DNA of 32,000 nt from Alkalilimnicola ehrlichii MLHE-1 (GCF_000014785.1 NC_008340.1:2220001-2252000), one strand, 5' to 3'. Positions 8,915 to 20,787 are shown, counted from the stretch's first letter. Made by a program: numbers and translations. Notes: generated by a model from the sequence alone, not told the origin.

Positions 8915-10882
8915 TCAGAACAACTGGCCCCCGAGGAACCAACCGATGAGCACCAGCAGGCCGATAATCATGATAAATGCGTAGTGGTACAGGTAACCGC
9001 TCTGGAGCAGACGCACCCGGGCGCCCATCCGCCCGATCAACTGCGCCGTCCCGTTGACCAGCGCACCGTCGATGAAGCTGCGGTCACCGACCTGCCAGAG
9101 GGCATTGCCCAGCCCGCGCCCGGCCCCGGCGATGTACTTGATGTACAGATCGTCGAAGCCGTATTTGTTCTCCAGCACCCGGATGGCCGGGGCGAAGGTG
9201 CGGTTGACGCCAGGCAGCAGGTCCGGCCGCTTGATGTAGAAGAACCAGGCGGTCAACACCCCGGCAGCGGCCAGGTACACGGGCGGCGCCGCAAAGCCGT
9301 GCAGCAGCAGTGCCATGGCCGAGCCGTAGCTGGCACCCACCGCGGCCAGGACGTCGTTGCCCTCGGCAACGTGGATCGCCGGACCGAAGAAGTCACCGAA
9401 CAGCATCGGCGTGACCGTATAGAAGCCGATCAGCACCGACGGAATGGCCAGCAACAGCAGCGGCACCGTGACCACCCGCGGACATTCGTGCAGGTGCGAG
9501 CGGGTGTGTTCATCCATCCGCTCCTTACCGTGGAAGACCAGGAAGAAGAGACGGAAGCTGTAGAGCGCGGTGACGAAGACGCCAAGCATCACGCAGAGGT
9601 AGGCGAAGGTGGCGCCGGCGCGCTCCGACTCACCCACCGCTAGGATGATGCCGTCCTTTGAGAAGTAGCCGGAGAAACCGGGGAAACCAATGAGCGCCAG
9701 CGTACCCAGCAACATGGTCCAGTAGGTGATGGGCATGTACTTCTTCAGCCCGCCCATCTGGCGCATGTCCTGCACGTGGTGCATGGCGATGATCACCGAG
9801 CCCGCACCCAGGAAGAGCAGCGCCTTGAAGAAGGCGTGGGTCATCAGGTGGAAGATCCCGGCGGCGTAGGCGGAGACCCCCAAGGCGACGACCATATAGC
9901 CGAGCTGCGAAAGCGTGGAGTAGGCCACCACCCGCTTGATGTCGTTCTGGACCAGGCCGATCAGGCCCATGAACAGGGCGGTCACCGCACCGATGATCAG
10001 AACAAAGGAGAGTGCCACTTCGGACAGCTCGAACAGCGGCGACATGCGGGCCACGAGGAAGATGCCCGCGGTCACCATGGTGGCGGCGTGGATCAGGGCC
10101 GAGATCGGGGTCGGGCCCTCCATGGAGTCCGGCAGCCAGACGTGCAGCGGCACCTGGGCCGATTTGCCCATGGCACCTATGAACAGCAGGATGCAGGCCA
10201 CGGTGAGCACCGACCACTCCGCGGTGCCGAAGATCGACAGGGTCAGTCCGGCGTTCGCCTCGGCGGCGGCGAAGGCCTCCTGATAGTCCAGGGTACCGAA
10301 GTAGAAGACGATCAACGCGATGCCGAGCAGGAAGCCGAAGTCCCCCACCCGGTTGACCAGGAAGGCCTTAAGGTTGGCGAAGATCGCCGTATCACGCTTG
10401 AACCAGAAGCCAATCAGCAGGTACGAGACCAGGCCCACGGCCTCCCAGCCGAAGAACAGCTGCAGGAAGTTGTTCGCCATCACCAGCATGAGCATGGCGA
10501 AGGTGAACAGTGAGATGTAGGCGAAGAAACGCTGGTAGCCGTCGTCATCGTGCATATAACCGATGGTGTAGATGTGCACCATCAACGAGACGAAGGTGAC
10601 CACCGTCATCATCACCGCCGTCAGGCGGTCGATCAGAAAGCCCACCTCCATCTGCAGGCCGCCGACCACGGCCCAGGTGTAGACCGTCTCGTTGTAGACG
10701 GGGGCGCCGGCCCAGACCTGGTCGTAGAGCACCACCGTGGACAGCAGGAAGGAGGCCCCCACGGCCAGGATGGTCACCCAGTGGGCGCCGGCCCGGCCGA
10801 TCTGCTGGCCGAAAAAGCCGGCGACAACGGCCGCCAGCAGCGGGATGAGCGGAATGGCGAGATAGATCGTTTCCATGAACAT
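8915..10882 (-). CDS. nuoL: NADH-quinone oxidoreductase subunit L
   Basis: 655-aa protein with GWEAVGLVSYLLIGFW and KSAQVPLHVWLPDSMEGPTPISALIHAATMVTAG. Confidence 0.97.
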   Translation of the reverse strand: MFMETIYLAIPLIPLLAAVVAGFFGQQIGRAGAHWVTILAVGASFLLSTVVLYDQVWAGAPVYNETVYTWAVVGGLQMEVGFLIDRLTAVMMTVVTFVSLMVHIYTIGYMHDDDGYQRFFAYISLFTFAMLMLVMANNFLQLFFGWEAVGLVSYLLIGFWFKRDTAIFANLKAFLVNRVGDFGFLLGIALIVFYFGTLDYQEAFAAAEANAGLTLSIFGTAEWSVLTVACILLFIGAMGKSAQVPLHVWLPDSMEGPTPISALIHAATMVTAGIFLVARMSPLFELSEVALSFVLIIGAVTALFMGLIGLVQNDIKRVVAYSTLSQLGYMVVALGVSAYAAGIFHLMTHAFFKALLFLGAGSVIIAMHHVQDMRQMGGLKKYMPITYWTMLLGTLALIGFPGFSGYFSKDGIILAVGESERAGATFAYLCVMLGVFVTALYSFRLFFLVFHGKERMDEHTRSHLHECPRVVTVPLLLLAIPSVLIGFYTVTPMLFGDFFGPAIHVAEGNDVLAAVGASYGSAMALLLHGFAAPPVYLAAAGVLTAWFFYIKRPDLLPGVNRTFAPAIRVLENKYGFDDLYIKYIAGAGRGLGNALWQVGDRSFIDGALVNGTAQLIGRMGARVRLLQSGYLYHYAFIMIIGLLVLIGWFLGGQLF

Positions 10883-11187
10883 CAGCCCTTCATGCTGTCC
10901 AGATCGCCCACATTGATGGAGCCCCGGTTACGGAACAGCGCCACCACAATGGCCAGGCCAATGGCGGCCTCTGCCGCCGCGACGGTGAGGATGAAGAACA
11001 CAAAGACCTGCCCGGCCAGATCCTGCAGATAGGCCGAGAAGGCGATGAAGTTCATGTTCACCGCAAGCAGGATCAGCTCAATGCACATCAGCAGCACGAG
11101 CAGGTTCTTCCGGTTGATGAAGATCCCGGCCACGCCCAGGGAGAACAGCAGTGCCCCCAATATCAGATAGTCGGCAAGTCCAATCAT
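10882..11187 (-). CDS. nuoK: NADH-quinone oxidoreductase subunit K
   Basis: 101 aa, [17 protein letters not shown] and [17 protein letters not shown]; stop overlaps nuoL start (TGATG). Confidence 0.97.
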   Translation of the reverse strand: MIGLADYLILGALLFSLGVAGIFINRKNLLVLLMCIELILLAVNMNFIAFSAYLQDLAGQVFVFFILTVAAAEAAIGLAIVVALFRNRGSINVGDLDSMKG

Positions 11188-11230
11188 GGTTGTTCGCTTA
11201 CTCCGACGCGTTGTTTCCCCTTGCGGGGGC

Positions 11231-11827
11231 TTATTCCCGCCCCTCGGACTTCATGCTGACCAGGCGTACCCGGTCCTCGCGGCGCACCCGCACCTGCTTG
11301 GCCACATCCTGGTGCTTGGTGCCCTCCCGGCGGCGGAGGGTGAGCACGATGGCCGCAATGATGGCCACCAACAGGATGGCCCCGGCGATCTCGAACGGGT
11401 AGACATAGGTGGTGTAGAGCAGGCCACCGAGCCCGCGGATGTTGTCGACGTCGGCGGGCACCTCCGGAATCACGCCACCGGCGATGCCGGTGTGGTCCGA
11501 AACCAGGACCAGGCCCAACTGCACCGCCATCAGCACCGCGACCAACGCGCCGGCCGGCAGGTATCGGGTGAAGCCCTCCTGGTGAACGCTCCGCCCGATG
11601 TCGAGCATCATCACCACGAACAGGAACAACACCATGACGGCACCCACGTAGACCACCACCAGGGCGATCCCGAGGAACTCCGCGCCCGCCATCACCCAGA
11701 GAATGGCGCTGTTGAAAAACGCCAACACCAGAAACAGGGCGCAGTGCACCGGGTTACGGGCGGTGATGACCATCGTCGCGGCAAACAGCAGCACCGCGGC
11801 GAACACATAGAAAATGACCTGCTCCAT
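11231..11827 (-). CDS. nuoJ: NADH-quinone oxidoreductase subunit J
   Basis: 198-aa membrane protein, [50 protein letters not shown]. Confidence 0.95.
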   Translation of the reverse strand: MEQVIFYVFAAVLLFAATMVITARNPVHCALFLVLAFFNSAILWVMAGAEFLGIALVVVYVGAVMVLFLFVVMMLDIGRSVHQEGFTRYLPAGALVAVLMAVQLGLVLVSDHTGIAGGVIPEVPADVDNIRGLGGLLYTTYVYPFEIAGAILLVAIIAAIVLTLRRREGTKHQDVAKQVRVRREDRVRLVSMKSEGRE

Positions 11828-11921
11828 GGGTGAGTCCCCAATGCCTATGCCAGGAAACCGGCTGCCGCGCGGAGCGGGCGCGCGACAGGTCGAATCACAT
11901 TATCGTTGTCGCCGGTGGTGA

Positions 11922-12413
11922 TCACCGGTAGGGCGCATCGGCGGCCCGGTCGGCCGCGATCTGGGCCTCGTACTTATCGCCGTTGGCCAGCAGCCGCGCC
12001 TTGTCGAACACGCGCTCCTCACGGTGCTCCATATGGTATTCGTGCTCCCGGGTCTCGACGATGGAATCCACCGGGCAGGACTCCTCGCAGAACCCACAAT
12101 AGATGCACTTGAACATGTCGATCTCATAGAGCGTGGTACGGCGGGTGCCGTCGTCCTCACGCGGGCCGGCCTCAATGGTGATCGCCAGGGCCGGGCAAAC
12201 CGCCTCACACAGCTTGCAGGCAATGCAACGCTCCTCGCCGTTGGGATAGCGACGCAGCGCGTGCATCCCCCGGAACCGCGGCGACTTTGGCGTCTTCTCC
12301 TCTGGATACTCCAGGGTGACGCTGCGGCTGAGAAAATGCTTCCCGGTCAGCCGAAGCCCTTGGAGCAGCTCGACCAGCAGGAAACTCTTGACGTAATCCC
12401 TGAGGGCAGTCAT
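11922..12413 (-). CDS. nuoI: NADH-quinone oxidoreductase subunit I (two 4Fe-4S clusters)
   Basis: Start at ATG 12413 ([27 protein letters not shown]). Two cluster motifs: [13 protein letters not shown] and [14 protein letters not shown]. The 12509 start in the ORF track adds unrelated sequence overlapping nuoH. Confidence 0.96.
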   Translation of the reverse strand: MTALRDYVKSFLLVELLQGLRLTGKHFLSRSVTLEYPEEKTPKSPRFRGMHALRRYPNGEERCIACKLCEAVCPALAITIEAGPREDDGTRRTTLYEIDMFKCIYCGFCEESCPVDSIVETREHEYHMEHREERVFDKARLLANGDKYEAQIAADRAADAPYR

Positions 12414-12424
12414 GGCGTCTCCTC

Positions 12425-13444
12425 TCAGAACCAGGGCCCGAAGCCGGTGACGATGAAGATGGTCAGCACGATGAGCCAGACCACGGTGACCGGGATCAGC
12501 ACCTTCCACCCCAGCCGCATGATCTGGTCATAGCGGTATCGCGGGAAGGTGGCGCGGAACCACAGGTAACAGAACATGAAGAAGGCGGTCTTGAGCATGA
12601 ACCAGACGACACCGGGGACCCAGTCGAGCATCGGGCCCAAAATCGGCCAACCGTGGAAGGGCGAATACCAGCCCCCCAGGAACATCACCGCGGCCACCGC
12701 GGAGATGAGGATCATGTTGGCGTATTCCGCCAGGAAAAAGACCGCGAAGGAGGTCCCCGAGTACTCCACGTGGAAGCCGGCGACGATCTCGGACTCGCCC
12801 TCGGCAACGTCGAAGGGTGCGCGGTTGGTCTCGGCCACACCGGAGATCCAGTAGACCAGGAAGAGCGGCAACAGCGGCAGCCAGAACCAGTGGAAGATAC
12901 CGCCCGCCTGGGCCTGGATGATCTGGCCCAGGTTCATGGAACCGGCCGCCATCAGCACGCCGACCAGGGCGAAGCCCATGGCAATCTCGTAGGAGACGAC
13001 CTGCGCGGACGCCCGCAGGGTCCCCAACAGGGCGTACTTGGAGTTGGAGGCCCAGCCGGCAATGATGATGCCGTAGACCCCCAGGGAGGTCATGGCCAGG
13101 ATATAGAGCAGACCCGCGTTGATATCGGCGATGGCCCAGCCCTCGGCCACCGGAATGACCGCCCAGGCCGCCAGTGCGGGCATGATGGCCAGCAACGGTG
13201 CGATGACGAACAGGACCCGGTTGGCGTTGGACGGGATGCTGATCTCCTTCATGACCAGCTTCAGCGCGTCCGCGATCGGCTGCAACAACCCCTGATAGCC
13301 CACGCGGTTCGGGCCGCGTCGGTCCTGCATCGCCCCGATGACCCTGCGCTCGGCGTAGGTCAGGTAAGCCACTGCAAGCATCAGCGGCACCACCAGCGCC
13401 ATGATCTTGAGCGTTATCCAGAAAAGTTCTGTGAAAACCGCCAT
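12425..13444 (-). CDS. nuoH: NADH-quinone oxidoreductase subunit H
   Basis: 339 aa, [42 protein letters not shown] and [16 protein letters not shown]. Confidence 0.97.
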   Translation of the reverse strand: MAVFTELFWITLKIMALVVPLMLAVAYLTYAERRVIGAMQDRRGPNRVGYQGLLQPIADALKLVMKEISIPSNANRVLFVIAPLLAIMPALAAWAVIPVAEGWAIADINAGLLYILAMTSLGVYGIIIAGWASNSKYALLGTLRASAQVVSYEIAMGFALVGVLMAAGSMNLGQIIQAQAGGIFHWFWLPLLPLFLVYWISGVAETNRAPFDVAEGESEIVAGFHVEYSGTSFAVFFLAEYANMILISAVAAVMFLGGWYSPFHGWPILGPMLDWVPGVVWFMLKTAFFMFCYLWFRATFPRYRYDQIMRLGWKVLIPVTVVWLIVLTIFIVTGFGPWF

Positions 13445-13475
13445 GCGATTACGCTTCCCGTAGCCCCTGGCCGGC

Positions 13476-15869
13476 TCAGTGGCCAGCCACGTCCAGTTCG
13501 CCGTTCATCGGCCCCAATGCGGCGCTGTCCCGCAGCGCGGCCGGCACCCAAACGGTCCCCTCCGCAATCTCGTCGGACACCCGTACCGGCAGTTCCACCG
13601 AGTCCTCACCGAGACGGATACGCCCCCCCTCCTCGACGCCGAGCCGGGAGGCGGTCGCCGGCGCCAGCCACGCCTCGGCCGCCACCGCGTGCCGGGTCTG
13701 CTGCAGCGGCGCGGACCGCCGTACCAGCGGATCCACCGCGTAGATCGGCGTCGCCGACGCCCGCTCCAGGCCCTCGCTCCGGGGGGAGACCGGTTCCGGC
13801 GCCACCCAGGGGTACGCGGCCGAGGGCGTCACCTCGCCCACCCGGGCCTGCAGCTCCCGCAGGATCTCCTCGGAGGACTCGTACTCGAACCCATCCAGCT
13901 CAAGCAGGTTGCCCAACACCCGCAGCACCCGCCAGCCGGGCCGGGCCTCGCCCACCGGTCGGCCGATACCCGGGAAGCTCTGCCAGCGCCCTTCCAGATT
14001 GACGAAGGTGCCGGAGGTTTCCCCGAACGCGGCGATGGGCAGCACCACATCCGCCTCGCGGGCCAGTTCCGGGGTCAACCAGCTGCTGAACGCCACCACG
14101 GCCTGCGCGGCCGTCAGCGCCGCCGCAGCCTGCCGGCCGTCCCAGCAGTCGAGCTCCGGCTCCACGTTGTAGAGCAAGTAGCCCTGGCGTGGCTGCGCCA
14201 GCATCTCGCGGGCATGGAGGCCGACATTGTCGGCCGCGTCACCGCCCGCCTCGCGGTGCGGGACCGCGCCGGCCAGCCAACCGCCGACACTGTTGGCAGC
14301 CTCCGGCAGGACACCCAGCACCGCGCCGGTCTGCTCGGCCAGCGCACTGGCCAGCGCCCGCAGCAGGGCGGCCCGCGGGTTTGCCGCCGCCTGATTCCCT
14401 AGCAGGATAGTCGCCCGTTCCGCCTCGACCAGCTGCTGGGCAATCGCCTGGTGGTGGGCTTGCGGCTTCTCCCGATAGAGGGCATCGACGCCTTCCGGCA
14501 GTTTGCCCCCCTTTTCCGTGACCACCGCCTGCAATACCGCGGCCAGTTCGGCAATCTGTGCCGAAGGACCGGCCAGGATCTCCTCGACCAGATCGTAGTT
14601 GAAGTCGTAACGGCGGTTGTTGATCACCGAGACCCGGGCCCCGGCCTTGGTGGCCTTACGCAACCGGTGATTCAGGATCGGCTGCTCGTGGCGCAGGTAG
14701 CTGCCCACCAGCAGCGCCGCCTGGACATCCTCCAGGGCGCTGATCGGCTGGCCGAGCCAGGGGAAGGCGGGGGCCTCCGCCTGGTCACTGCAATCGCCGT
14801 CGCGTAGCCGGTGATCGATATTCGGGCTGCCCAGACCGCGGGTCAGCCGATTCAGCAGGTACATCTCCTCGGCGGTACTGGTCGGCCCCACCAGGGTGCC
14901 CAGCTGGTCGGCACCGTGCTTTGCCGCCACATCCCGCAGCAGCGTTACGGCGCGGTCGAGCGCCTCCTCCCACTCGCACGGGCGCAGCTCACCGTCCACC
15001 CGGACCATCGGCCGGTCCAGGCGGTCCTCGCTGTACACACCCTGGTGGCTGAAGCGGTCGCGGTCGGCGATCCAGGTCTCGTTGACCAGTTCGTTTTCGC
15101 GCGGCACCACCCGCATGATCTCGCCGCGGCGGTGGTGCAGGTGGACGTTGGAGCCCACCGCATCGTGCGGTGCGACCGAGGGGTGAGCCAGCAGCTCCCA
15201 GGCCCGGGCCTTGAAGCGGAAGGGCTTGTTGGTCAGGGCCCCCACCGGGCAAAGATCGATGATGTTGCCGGAGAGCTCCGAGTGGACCCCGCCCTCGACG
15301 AAGGTGGAGATCTCGGTGTACTCGCCACGGTTCATACCCCCGAGCTCACGCTTGCCGGCGATATGGTCGAGGAAGCGCACACACCGGGTGCAGTGGATGC
15401 AGCGGGTCATTTCGGTGGCGATCAGCGGCCCGAGGTTCTCATCGTCCACCACGCGCTTGCGCTCACTGAAACGGGAAACCCCGCGACCGTAGCCCATGGA
15501 GACGTCCTGCAGCTCGCACTCACCACCCTGATCGCAAATGGGGCAGTCGAGCGGATGGTTGATCAGCAGGAACTCCATGACCCCGCGCTGGGCGGCCACC
15601 GCCCGCGGCGAGTCGGTGTAGATCTTCATGCCCTCGGCCACCGGCGTGGCGCAGGCCGGCAGGGGCTTGGGCGCCTTCTCCACCTCCACCAGACACATCC
15701 GGCAGTTGGCCGCAATGGGCAGCTTCTTGTGGTAGCAGAAGCGGGGCACGTCCACCCCGTGGGCGTCGGTGGCCTCAATGATCATCGAGCCCTTGGGGGC
15801 CTGGATCTCCTGGCCGTTGACCTCGATGGTCACCATGTCCTGCGGCTTGTCTTCGACCTTGGCACTCAT
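13476..15869 (-). CDS. nuoG: NADH-quinone oxidoreductase subunit G
   Basis: 797 aa, 2Fe-2S domain [44 protein letters not shown], molybdopterin-oxidoreductase-like C-terminal domain. Confidence 0.96.
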   Translation of the reverse strand: MSAKVEDKPQDMVTIEVNGQEIQAPKGSMIIEATDAHGVDVPRFCYHKKLPIAANCRMCLVEVEKAPKPLPACATPVAEGMKIYTDSPRAVAAQRGVMEFLLINHPLDCPICDQGGECELQDVSMGYGRGVSRFSERKRVVDDENLGPLIATEMTRCIHCTRCVRFLDHIAGKRELGGMNRGEYTEISTFVEGGVHSELSGNIIDLCPVGALTNKPFRFKARAWELLAHPSVAPHDAVGSNVHLHHRRGEIMRVVPRENELVNETWIADRDRFSHQGVYSEDRLDRPMVRVDGELRPCEWEEALDRAVTLLRDVAAKHGADQLGTLVGPTSTAEEMYLLNRLTRGLGSPNIDHRLRDGDCSDQAEAPAFPWLGQPISALEDVQAALLVGSYLRHEQPILNHRLRKATKAGARVSVINNRRYDFNYDLVEEILAGPSAQIAELAAVLQAVVTEKGGKLPEGVDALYREKPQAHHQAIAQQLVEAERATILLGNQAAANPRAALLRALASALAEQTGAVLGVLPEAANSVGGWLAGAVPHREAGGDAADNVGLHAREMLAQPRQGYLLYNVEPELDCWDGRQAAAALTAAQAVVAFSSWLTPELAREADVVLPIAAFGETSGTFVNLEGRWQSFPGIGRPVGEARPGWRVLRVLGNLLELDGFEYESSEEILRELQARVGEVTPSAAYPWVAPEPVSPRSEGLERASATPIYAVDPLVRRSAPLQQTRHAVAAEAWLAPATASRLGVEEGGRIRLGEDSVELPVRVSDEIAEGTVWVPAALRDSAALGPMNGELDVAGH

Positions 15870-15871
15870 GC

Positions 15872-17149
15872 TCAGGCGGCCTCCACCATGGAACGCTTAT
15901 GCTCCACGTAGTATTCAAACTCGTGACGGAAGTGCTTGAGGAAGCTCTGCACCGGCCAGGCCGCGGCCTCGCCGAAGGCGCAGATCGTGTGGCCGGCGAT
16001 CTGCCCCGCCGCCGCCTCCAGCAGTTCGATGTCCTCGTGCCGGCCTTTGCCTTCGACGATGCGCCGGAGCACCCGTTGCATCCAGCCAGTGCCCTCCCGG
16101 CAGGGGGTGCACTGACCGCAGGACTCGGCGAAGTAGAACCGCGAGATGCGCAGGATCGCCTTGACCATGTCGGTGGTCTCGTCCATCACGATGACCCCGC
16201 CGGAACCGAGGGCCGAGCCGATCTCCGCCAGGCCGTCGTAGTCCATGGTGGCCTGCAGCATGGTCTCGCCGGGGACCACGGGCATGGAGGAACCGCCCGG
16301 GATCACGGCCTTGAGCTTACGCCCGCCGCGCACGCCCCCGGCCATCTCCAAAAGGTCCTTGAACGGCGTCCCCAGCGGGACCTCAAAGTTACCCGGCCTT
16401 TCCACGTGCCCGGAGACACAGAAGATCTTCTCACCGCCGTTATTGGGCTTGCCCAGCTCGAGGAACCACTCGCTGCCCTTGCGCATAATCGAGGGCACGG
16501 AGGCGAGGGTCTCGGTGTTGTTGATGGTGGTGGGGCGCCCGTATACGCCGACCTGGGCCGGGAAAGGCGGCTTGTAGCGGGGCTGGCCCTTTTTGCCCTC
16601 CAGCGACTCCATCAGCGCCGATTCCTCGCCACAGATATAGGCGCCCGCCCCGATATGATTGTGGAGCTCGAAATCGATGCCACTGCCTTGGATGTTGCGC
16701 CCCAGCAGGCCGGCCTCGCGGGCTTCGCGCACCGCCTGCTCGATCCGCTCGAAGGGCTCGTGGTGAAACTCACCGCGCAGGTAGTTGTAGCCCACGGTGG
16801 CACCCATGGCATAGCCGGCAATCGCCATGCCCTCCACCAGGGCGTGGGGATTGAAGCGCAGGATGTCGCGATCCTTACAGGTGCCGGGCTCCGATTCGTC
16901 AGAGTTACAGACAATGTACTTCTGGCCCGGCGCATTTCGGGGCATGAAGCCCCACTTAACCCCGGCGGGGAAGCCGGCGCCACCGCGGCCGCGCAGGTTG
17001 GCCTTTTTGACCGTCTCGATAATCTCTTCCTGGGGCGTCTTCTCCTTGAGAATCTTCTCCCAGGCCTGGTAGCCGCCCATCGCCCGGTAGGTCTCCAGGC
17101 TCCAGGGGGTTTCCTTGTCCAGCGTGGTCAGACACACCTGATTGGCCAT
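15872..17149 (-). CDS. nuoF: NADH-quinone oxidoreductase subunit F (NADH/FMN-binding)
   Basis: 425 aa, [34 protein letters not shown] and [12 protein letters not shown]. Confidence 0.97.
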   Translation of the reverse strand: MANQVCLTTLDKETPWSLETYRAMGGYQAWEKILKEKTPQEEIIETVKKANLRGRGGAGFPAGVKWGFMPRNAPGQKYIVCNSDESEPGTCKDRDILRFNPHALVEGMAIAGYAMGATVGYNYLRGEFHHEPFERIEQAVREAREAGLLGRNIQGSGIDFELHNHIGAGAYICGEESALMESLEGKKGQPRYKPPFPAQVGVYGRPTTINNTETLASVPSIMRKGSEWFLELGKPNNGGEKIFCVSGHVERPGNFEVPLGTPFKDLLEMAGGVRGGRKLKAVIPGGSSMPVVPGETMLQATMDYDGLAEIGSALGSGGVIVMDETTDMVKAILRISRFYFAESCGQCTPCREGTGWMQRVLRRIVEGKGRHEDIELLEAAAGQIAGHTICAFGEAAAWPVQSFLKHFRHEFEYYVEHKRSMVEAA

Positions 17150-17152
17150 GGT

Positions 17153-17653
17153 TTACTCCAGCGCGTCGAGAATCTGATCGATCTTCTCGGGGGTCAGATC
17201 GGTGTAATAGTGGCCGTCCACCACCATCATCGGCGCCCCCGTACAGGCCGCCAGGCACTCCTCTTCGATCTTGAGGGTGATCCGCTGGTCGGGCGTGGTC
17301 TCGCCGAGCTTGATACCCAGTTTCTTCTCGGTGTAGGCGACGATGTCCTCGGCGCCCTTCAACCAGCAGCAGATATTGGTGCAGATGTTGACCTTATGCC
17401 GGCCCACCGGCTCCAGGTCGAACATGGAATAGAAGGTGGCCACCTCGTAAACGGCCACCGGGTCCATGCCCAGGTATTCCGCCACCGCGTCCATCTGCTC
17501 GCGCCGCAACCAGCCACCGCTGTTGTCCTGCACCACATGCAGCGCCGGGATCACCGCCGATTGCTTCTGATCCTCGGGATACTTGGTCAGCCAGTGGTCG
17601 ATCTCCGCCCGCATCTCGGGCGTCAGCACCTTTTCTGCAAGCCCGCTGCTCAA
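17153..17653 (-). CDS. nuoE: NADH-quinone oxidoreductase subunit E (2Fe-2S)
   Basis: 166 aa, [18 protein letters not shown] and [13 protein letters not shown]. The first codon on the minus strand is TTG, preceded by GGGGAG with 8-nt spacing. Confidence 0.95.
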   Translation of the reverse strand: MSSGLAEKVLTPEMRAEIDHWLTKYPEDQKQSAVIPALHVVQDNSGGWLRREQMDAVAEYLGMDPVAVYEVATFYSMFDLEPVGRHKVNICTNICCWLKGAEDIVAYTEKKLGIKLGETTPDQRITLKIEEECLAACTGAPMMVVDGHYYTDLTPEKIDQILDALE

Positions 17654-18903
17654 CGGTCAATCTCCCCGAAAACAATGTCCTGTGTACCGATAATGGCCAC
17701 CACGTCAGCCAGCATGTGGCCGCGCGCCATCTCATCCATGGCGGACAGATGGGCGAAGCCCGGTGCCCGCAGCTTGACGCGATAGGGCTTGTTGGCGCCA
17801 TCGGAAATCATGTAGCAGCCGAACTCACCCTTGGGGGCCTCCACCGCGGCGTAGACCTCGCCCGGGGGCGTGGTGTAACCCTCGGTGAACAGCTTGAAAT
17901 GGTGGATGAGGGACTCCATGTCGTCCTTCATCTCCTCCCGACTGGGTGGCGCGACCTTGTGGTCCTCGAGCATCACCGGGCCGGGGTTGTGACGCAGCCA
18001 GTCCACGCACTGCTTGATGATGCGATTGGACTGGCGCATCTCCTCGATACGCACCAGATAGCGGTCGTAGCAGTCCCCATTGGTGCCCACCGGGATGTCG
18101 AACTCGACCCGGTCGTAGACGTCGTAAGGCTGCTTCTTGCGCAGATCCCACTCGATCCCGGAGCCCCGCAGCATCGGGCCACTGAAGCCCAGTTGCAGCG
18201 CGCGCTCCGGCGAGACCACGCCGACGTCCACCAGGCGCTGGCGCCAGATCCGGTTCTCGGTGAGCAGGGTCTCGTACTCGTCCACGCAGCCGGGGAAGCG
18301 CTCGGTGAAGTCCTCGATGAAGTCGAGCATCGTCCCCTGCCGGGCCGCGTTCATGAGCTCCAGCTCCTTCTTGCTCCGGAACTTGCTGGGCTCATACTTG
18401 GGCATGCTCTCAGGCAGGTCGCGGTAGACACCGCCCGGCCGGTAATAGGCCGCGTGCATACGCGCGCCGCTGACCGCCTCGTAGCAGTCCATCAGGTCCT
18501 CACGCTCGCGGAAGCAGTAGAGGAAGGCGGTCATTGCGCCCACGTCCAGGCCGTGTGCCCCCAGCCACATCAGGTGGTTGAGGATGCGGGTGATCTCGTC
18601 GAACATCACCCGGATGTACTGGGCCCGGATCGGCGCCTCGATGCCGAGCAGCTTCTCGATCGCCATCACATAGGCGTGCTCGTTGCAGAGCATGGAGACG
18701 TAGTCCAACCGGTCCATGTAGCCGATGGACTGGTTATAGGGCTTGGACTCGGCCAGCTTCTCGGTCGCCCGGTGCAGCAGCCCGATATGCGGGTCCGCAC
18801 GCCGGACCGTCTCGCCCTCCATCTCCAGCACCATCCGCAGCACCCCGTGGGCGGCCGGGTGCTGGGGGCCAAAGTTGACGGTATAGCTCTTGAACTCACG
18901 CAT
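17650..18903 (-). CDS. nuoD: NADH-quinone oxidoreductase subunit D
   Basis: Start ATG 18903 ([31 protein letters not shown]), ending in the expected [14 protein letters not shown]. The 18987 start in the track overlaps nuoC. Confidence 0.97.
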
Positions 18904-19639
18904 CGCTGGCACCCTCCTCCCGGCGCTTGCGATCGGCATAGCGGTTGTCCTCGCGAACCACTCGCGGCACCAGCACGCGCGGTTCAATTGAGACCGGCTG
19001 ATAGATCACCCGGCGCTTTTGTTCGTCGTAGCGCACTTCGACGTTGCCGATCAGGGGGAAGTCCTTGCGGAACGGATGGCCGACGAAGCCATAGTCGGTG
19101 AGGATACGGCGCAGATCCGGGTGGCCGTCAAAAATGATGCCGTAGAGATCGAAGGCCTCGCGCTCGAACCAGTTGGCGCCGCTCCAGACATCGACCACCG
19201 AGTCGAGCACCGGGAAGCGGTCGTCTTCACAGAAGCACCGCACCCGCAGGCGCTGGTTAAGCTCCACCGAGAGCAGCTGATAGACGGCGGCAAAACGCCG
19301 GCCGGTGTTTTCGGTGATCTCCTGGACGCCGTAGATCCCGGTGATTCCGAGGCGGGCAAAGTTGTTGCCCTGGACGCCGCGGCTGAACCCCGTCCCTTCG
19401 GCGGTGTCCGTGAACCACTCGTCCTCGCCCCAGGCAGCGTAGTCGACACCGGCGAGGTCCATCAGCATATCGAAGCGCAAGCCCTCGGCGTCGCGCAGCG
19501 TGGTCATTGCCTGGTGCAGATCGGCCGGGGCCACCTCGATGGCGAGTTCACCCCGGTCGGCATCCAGAACGCAATCGCGCAGTCTTTCTCCCAGCCGTTC
19601 CTGAACGGCTGTTTGGAGCTGTTCCAGCTTCTTGGCCAT
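18896..19639 (-). CDS. nuoC: NADH-quinone oxidoreductase subunit C (unfused to D)
   Basis: 247 aa, [55 protein letters not shown]. Confidence 0.97.
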
Positions 19640-19649
19640 CCGACTCCCC

Positions 19650-20126
19650 TTAGCGGGCGATGGTATTGGTGGTGCGAATCTTCTTCTGCAGCTGCATGAT
19701 GCCCCAGATCAGGGCCTCGGCCGTGGGTGGGCAGCCGGGGACGTAGACATCCACCGGCACCACCCGGTCGCAGCCGCGCACAACGGAGTAGGAGTAATGG
19801 TAGTAGCCGCCGCCGTTGGCACAGGAACCCATGGAGATCACCCAACGGGGCTCGGGCATCTGGTCGTAAACCTTGCGCAGCGCCGGGGCCATCTTGTTGC
19901 AGAGGGTGCCGGCGACGATCATGACATCGGATTGGCGGGGGCTGGGCCGGAAGATGATCCCGAACCGGTCCAGGTCGTAACGGGCGGCACCGGCCTGCAT
20001 CATCTCCACCGCGCAGCAGGCAAGACCAAAGGTCATCGGCCACATGGAGCCGGTGCGGGCCCAGTTGATGACTTTGTCCGCCGAGGTGGTGACAAAGCCC
20101 TTCTCGAGCAGGCCTTCTACTCCCAT
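19650..20126 (-). CDS. nuoB: NADH-quinone oxidoreductase subunit B
   Basis: Start ATG 20126 ([43 protein letters not shown]), [40 protein letters not shown]. Confidence 0.97.
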
Positions 20127-20473
20127 TCCAGCGCCCCCTTCTTCCACTCGTAGAGGAAGCCGATCAGCAGCAGGCCGATGAACAGCGCCATGGCCAGGAT
20201 GCCGAACATGCCGATGTCGTCCAGTACGATCGCCCAGGGAAAGAGAAAGGCGATCTCCAGATCAAAAATAATGAACAGGATGGCGACGAGATAGTAGCGC
20301 ACGTCGAACTTCATGCGGGAGTCTTCGAATGCCTCAAAACCGCATTCGTACGGCGAAAGCTTCTCCGCATCCGGCTTGGAGGGCGCCAACAGGAACCCCA
20401 CCGCCAGAAAGACCATCCCGAATAAAAGCCCAAAGATGATGAAGACCAGAATGGGCAGATAGTTTTCCAGCAT
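20117..20473 (-). CDS. nuoA: NADH-quinone oxidoreductase subunit A
   Basis: 118 aa, [43 protein letters not shown]; its 3' end overlaps the nuoB start by 10 nt. Confidence 0.97.
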   Translation of the reverse strand: MLENYLPILVFIIFGLLFGMVFLAVGFLLAPSKPDAEKLSPYECGFEAFEDSRMKFDVRYYLVAILFIIFDLEIAFLFPWAIVLDDIGMFGILAMALFIGLLLIGFLYEWKKGALEWE

Positions 20474-20496
20474 CTAGACTCGCCTCTCTGCTGGGC

Positions 20497-20543
20497 GCCC
20501 CGCGCCGGCCCGGCCAAGGGCCGGCGCTGTGGGGCTGCTCCCC
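20497..20543 (-). promoter_or_regulatory. Structured nuoA leader: strong GC hairpin with an alternative, mutually exclusive small hairpin
   Basis: gcgccggccc (20502-20511) / gggccggcgc (20518-20527), plus gcccc (20497-20501) / ggggc (20531-20535); gggg (20531-20534) can instead pair with cccc (20540-20543). Confidence 0.5.
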
Positions 20544-20608
20544 GACGTTAGGTTTAGATCGCCCCCATGGACGTCAGGTCGGGACTCTTTTCTTTTTATG
20601 CATTTATA

Positions 20609-20693
20609 TGGTGCCGATGGCCGGACTCGAACCGGCACGGCTTTCGCCACTGCCCCCTCAAGACAGCGTGTCTACCAGTTCCACCACATCGGC
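20609..20693 (-). tRNA. tRNA-Leu (anticodon GAG), CCA encoded
   Basis: Minus strand GCCGATGTGGTGGAACTGGTAGACACGCTGTCTTGAGGGGGCAGTGGCGAAAGCCGTGCCGGTTCGAGTCCGGCCATCGGCACCA. Anticodon stem CTGTC/GGCAG with loop TTGAGGG, short variable arm, T-loop GGTTCGAGTCC, acceptor GCCGATG/CATCGGC. Confidence 0.97.
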
Positions 20694-20746
20694 ATTTATT
20701 CGGTGGTAACTCGCCCCTTTTTGAGGGCAAGTGGTACTCGTTGAAA

Positions 20747-20776
20747 GCGGGGGTAAGTCTACCAGTTTGCCCCCGC
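20747..20776 (-). other. Stem-loop between secG and tRNA-Leu
   Basis: gcgggggtaa (20747-20756) pairs with ttgcccccgc (20767-20776) with one G-T wobble, 10-nt loop; on the minus strand it is followed by TTTC only. Confidence 0.5.
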
Positions 20777-20787
20777 CATCTCAACGC

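Noticed and set aside
7044-8984. 646-aa plus-strand ORF antisense to nuoM/nuoN
   Set aside because: Same GC-bias artefact. The sequence is His/Gln/Asp-rich with no domain signature and overlaps well-supported nuo genes.
15899-17785. 628-aa plus-strand ORF antisense to nuoF/nuoE
   Set aside because: Same antisense artefact; it overlaps well-supported nuoF and nuoE and no independent coding evidence was seen.
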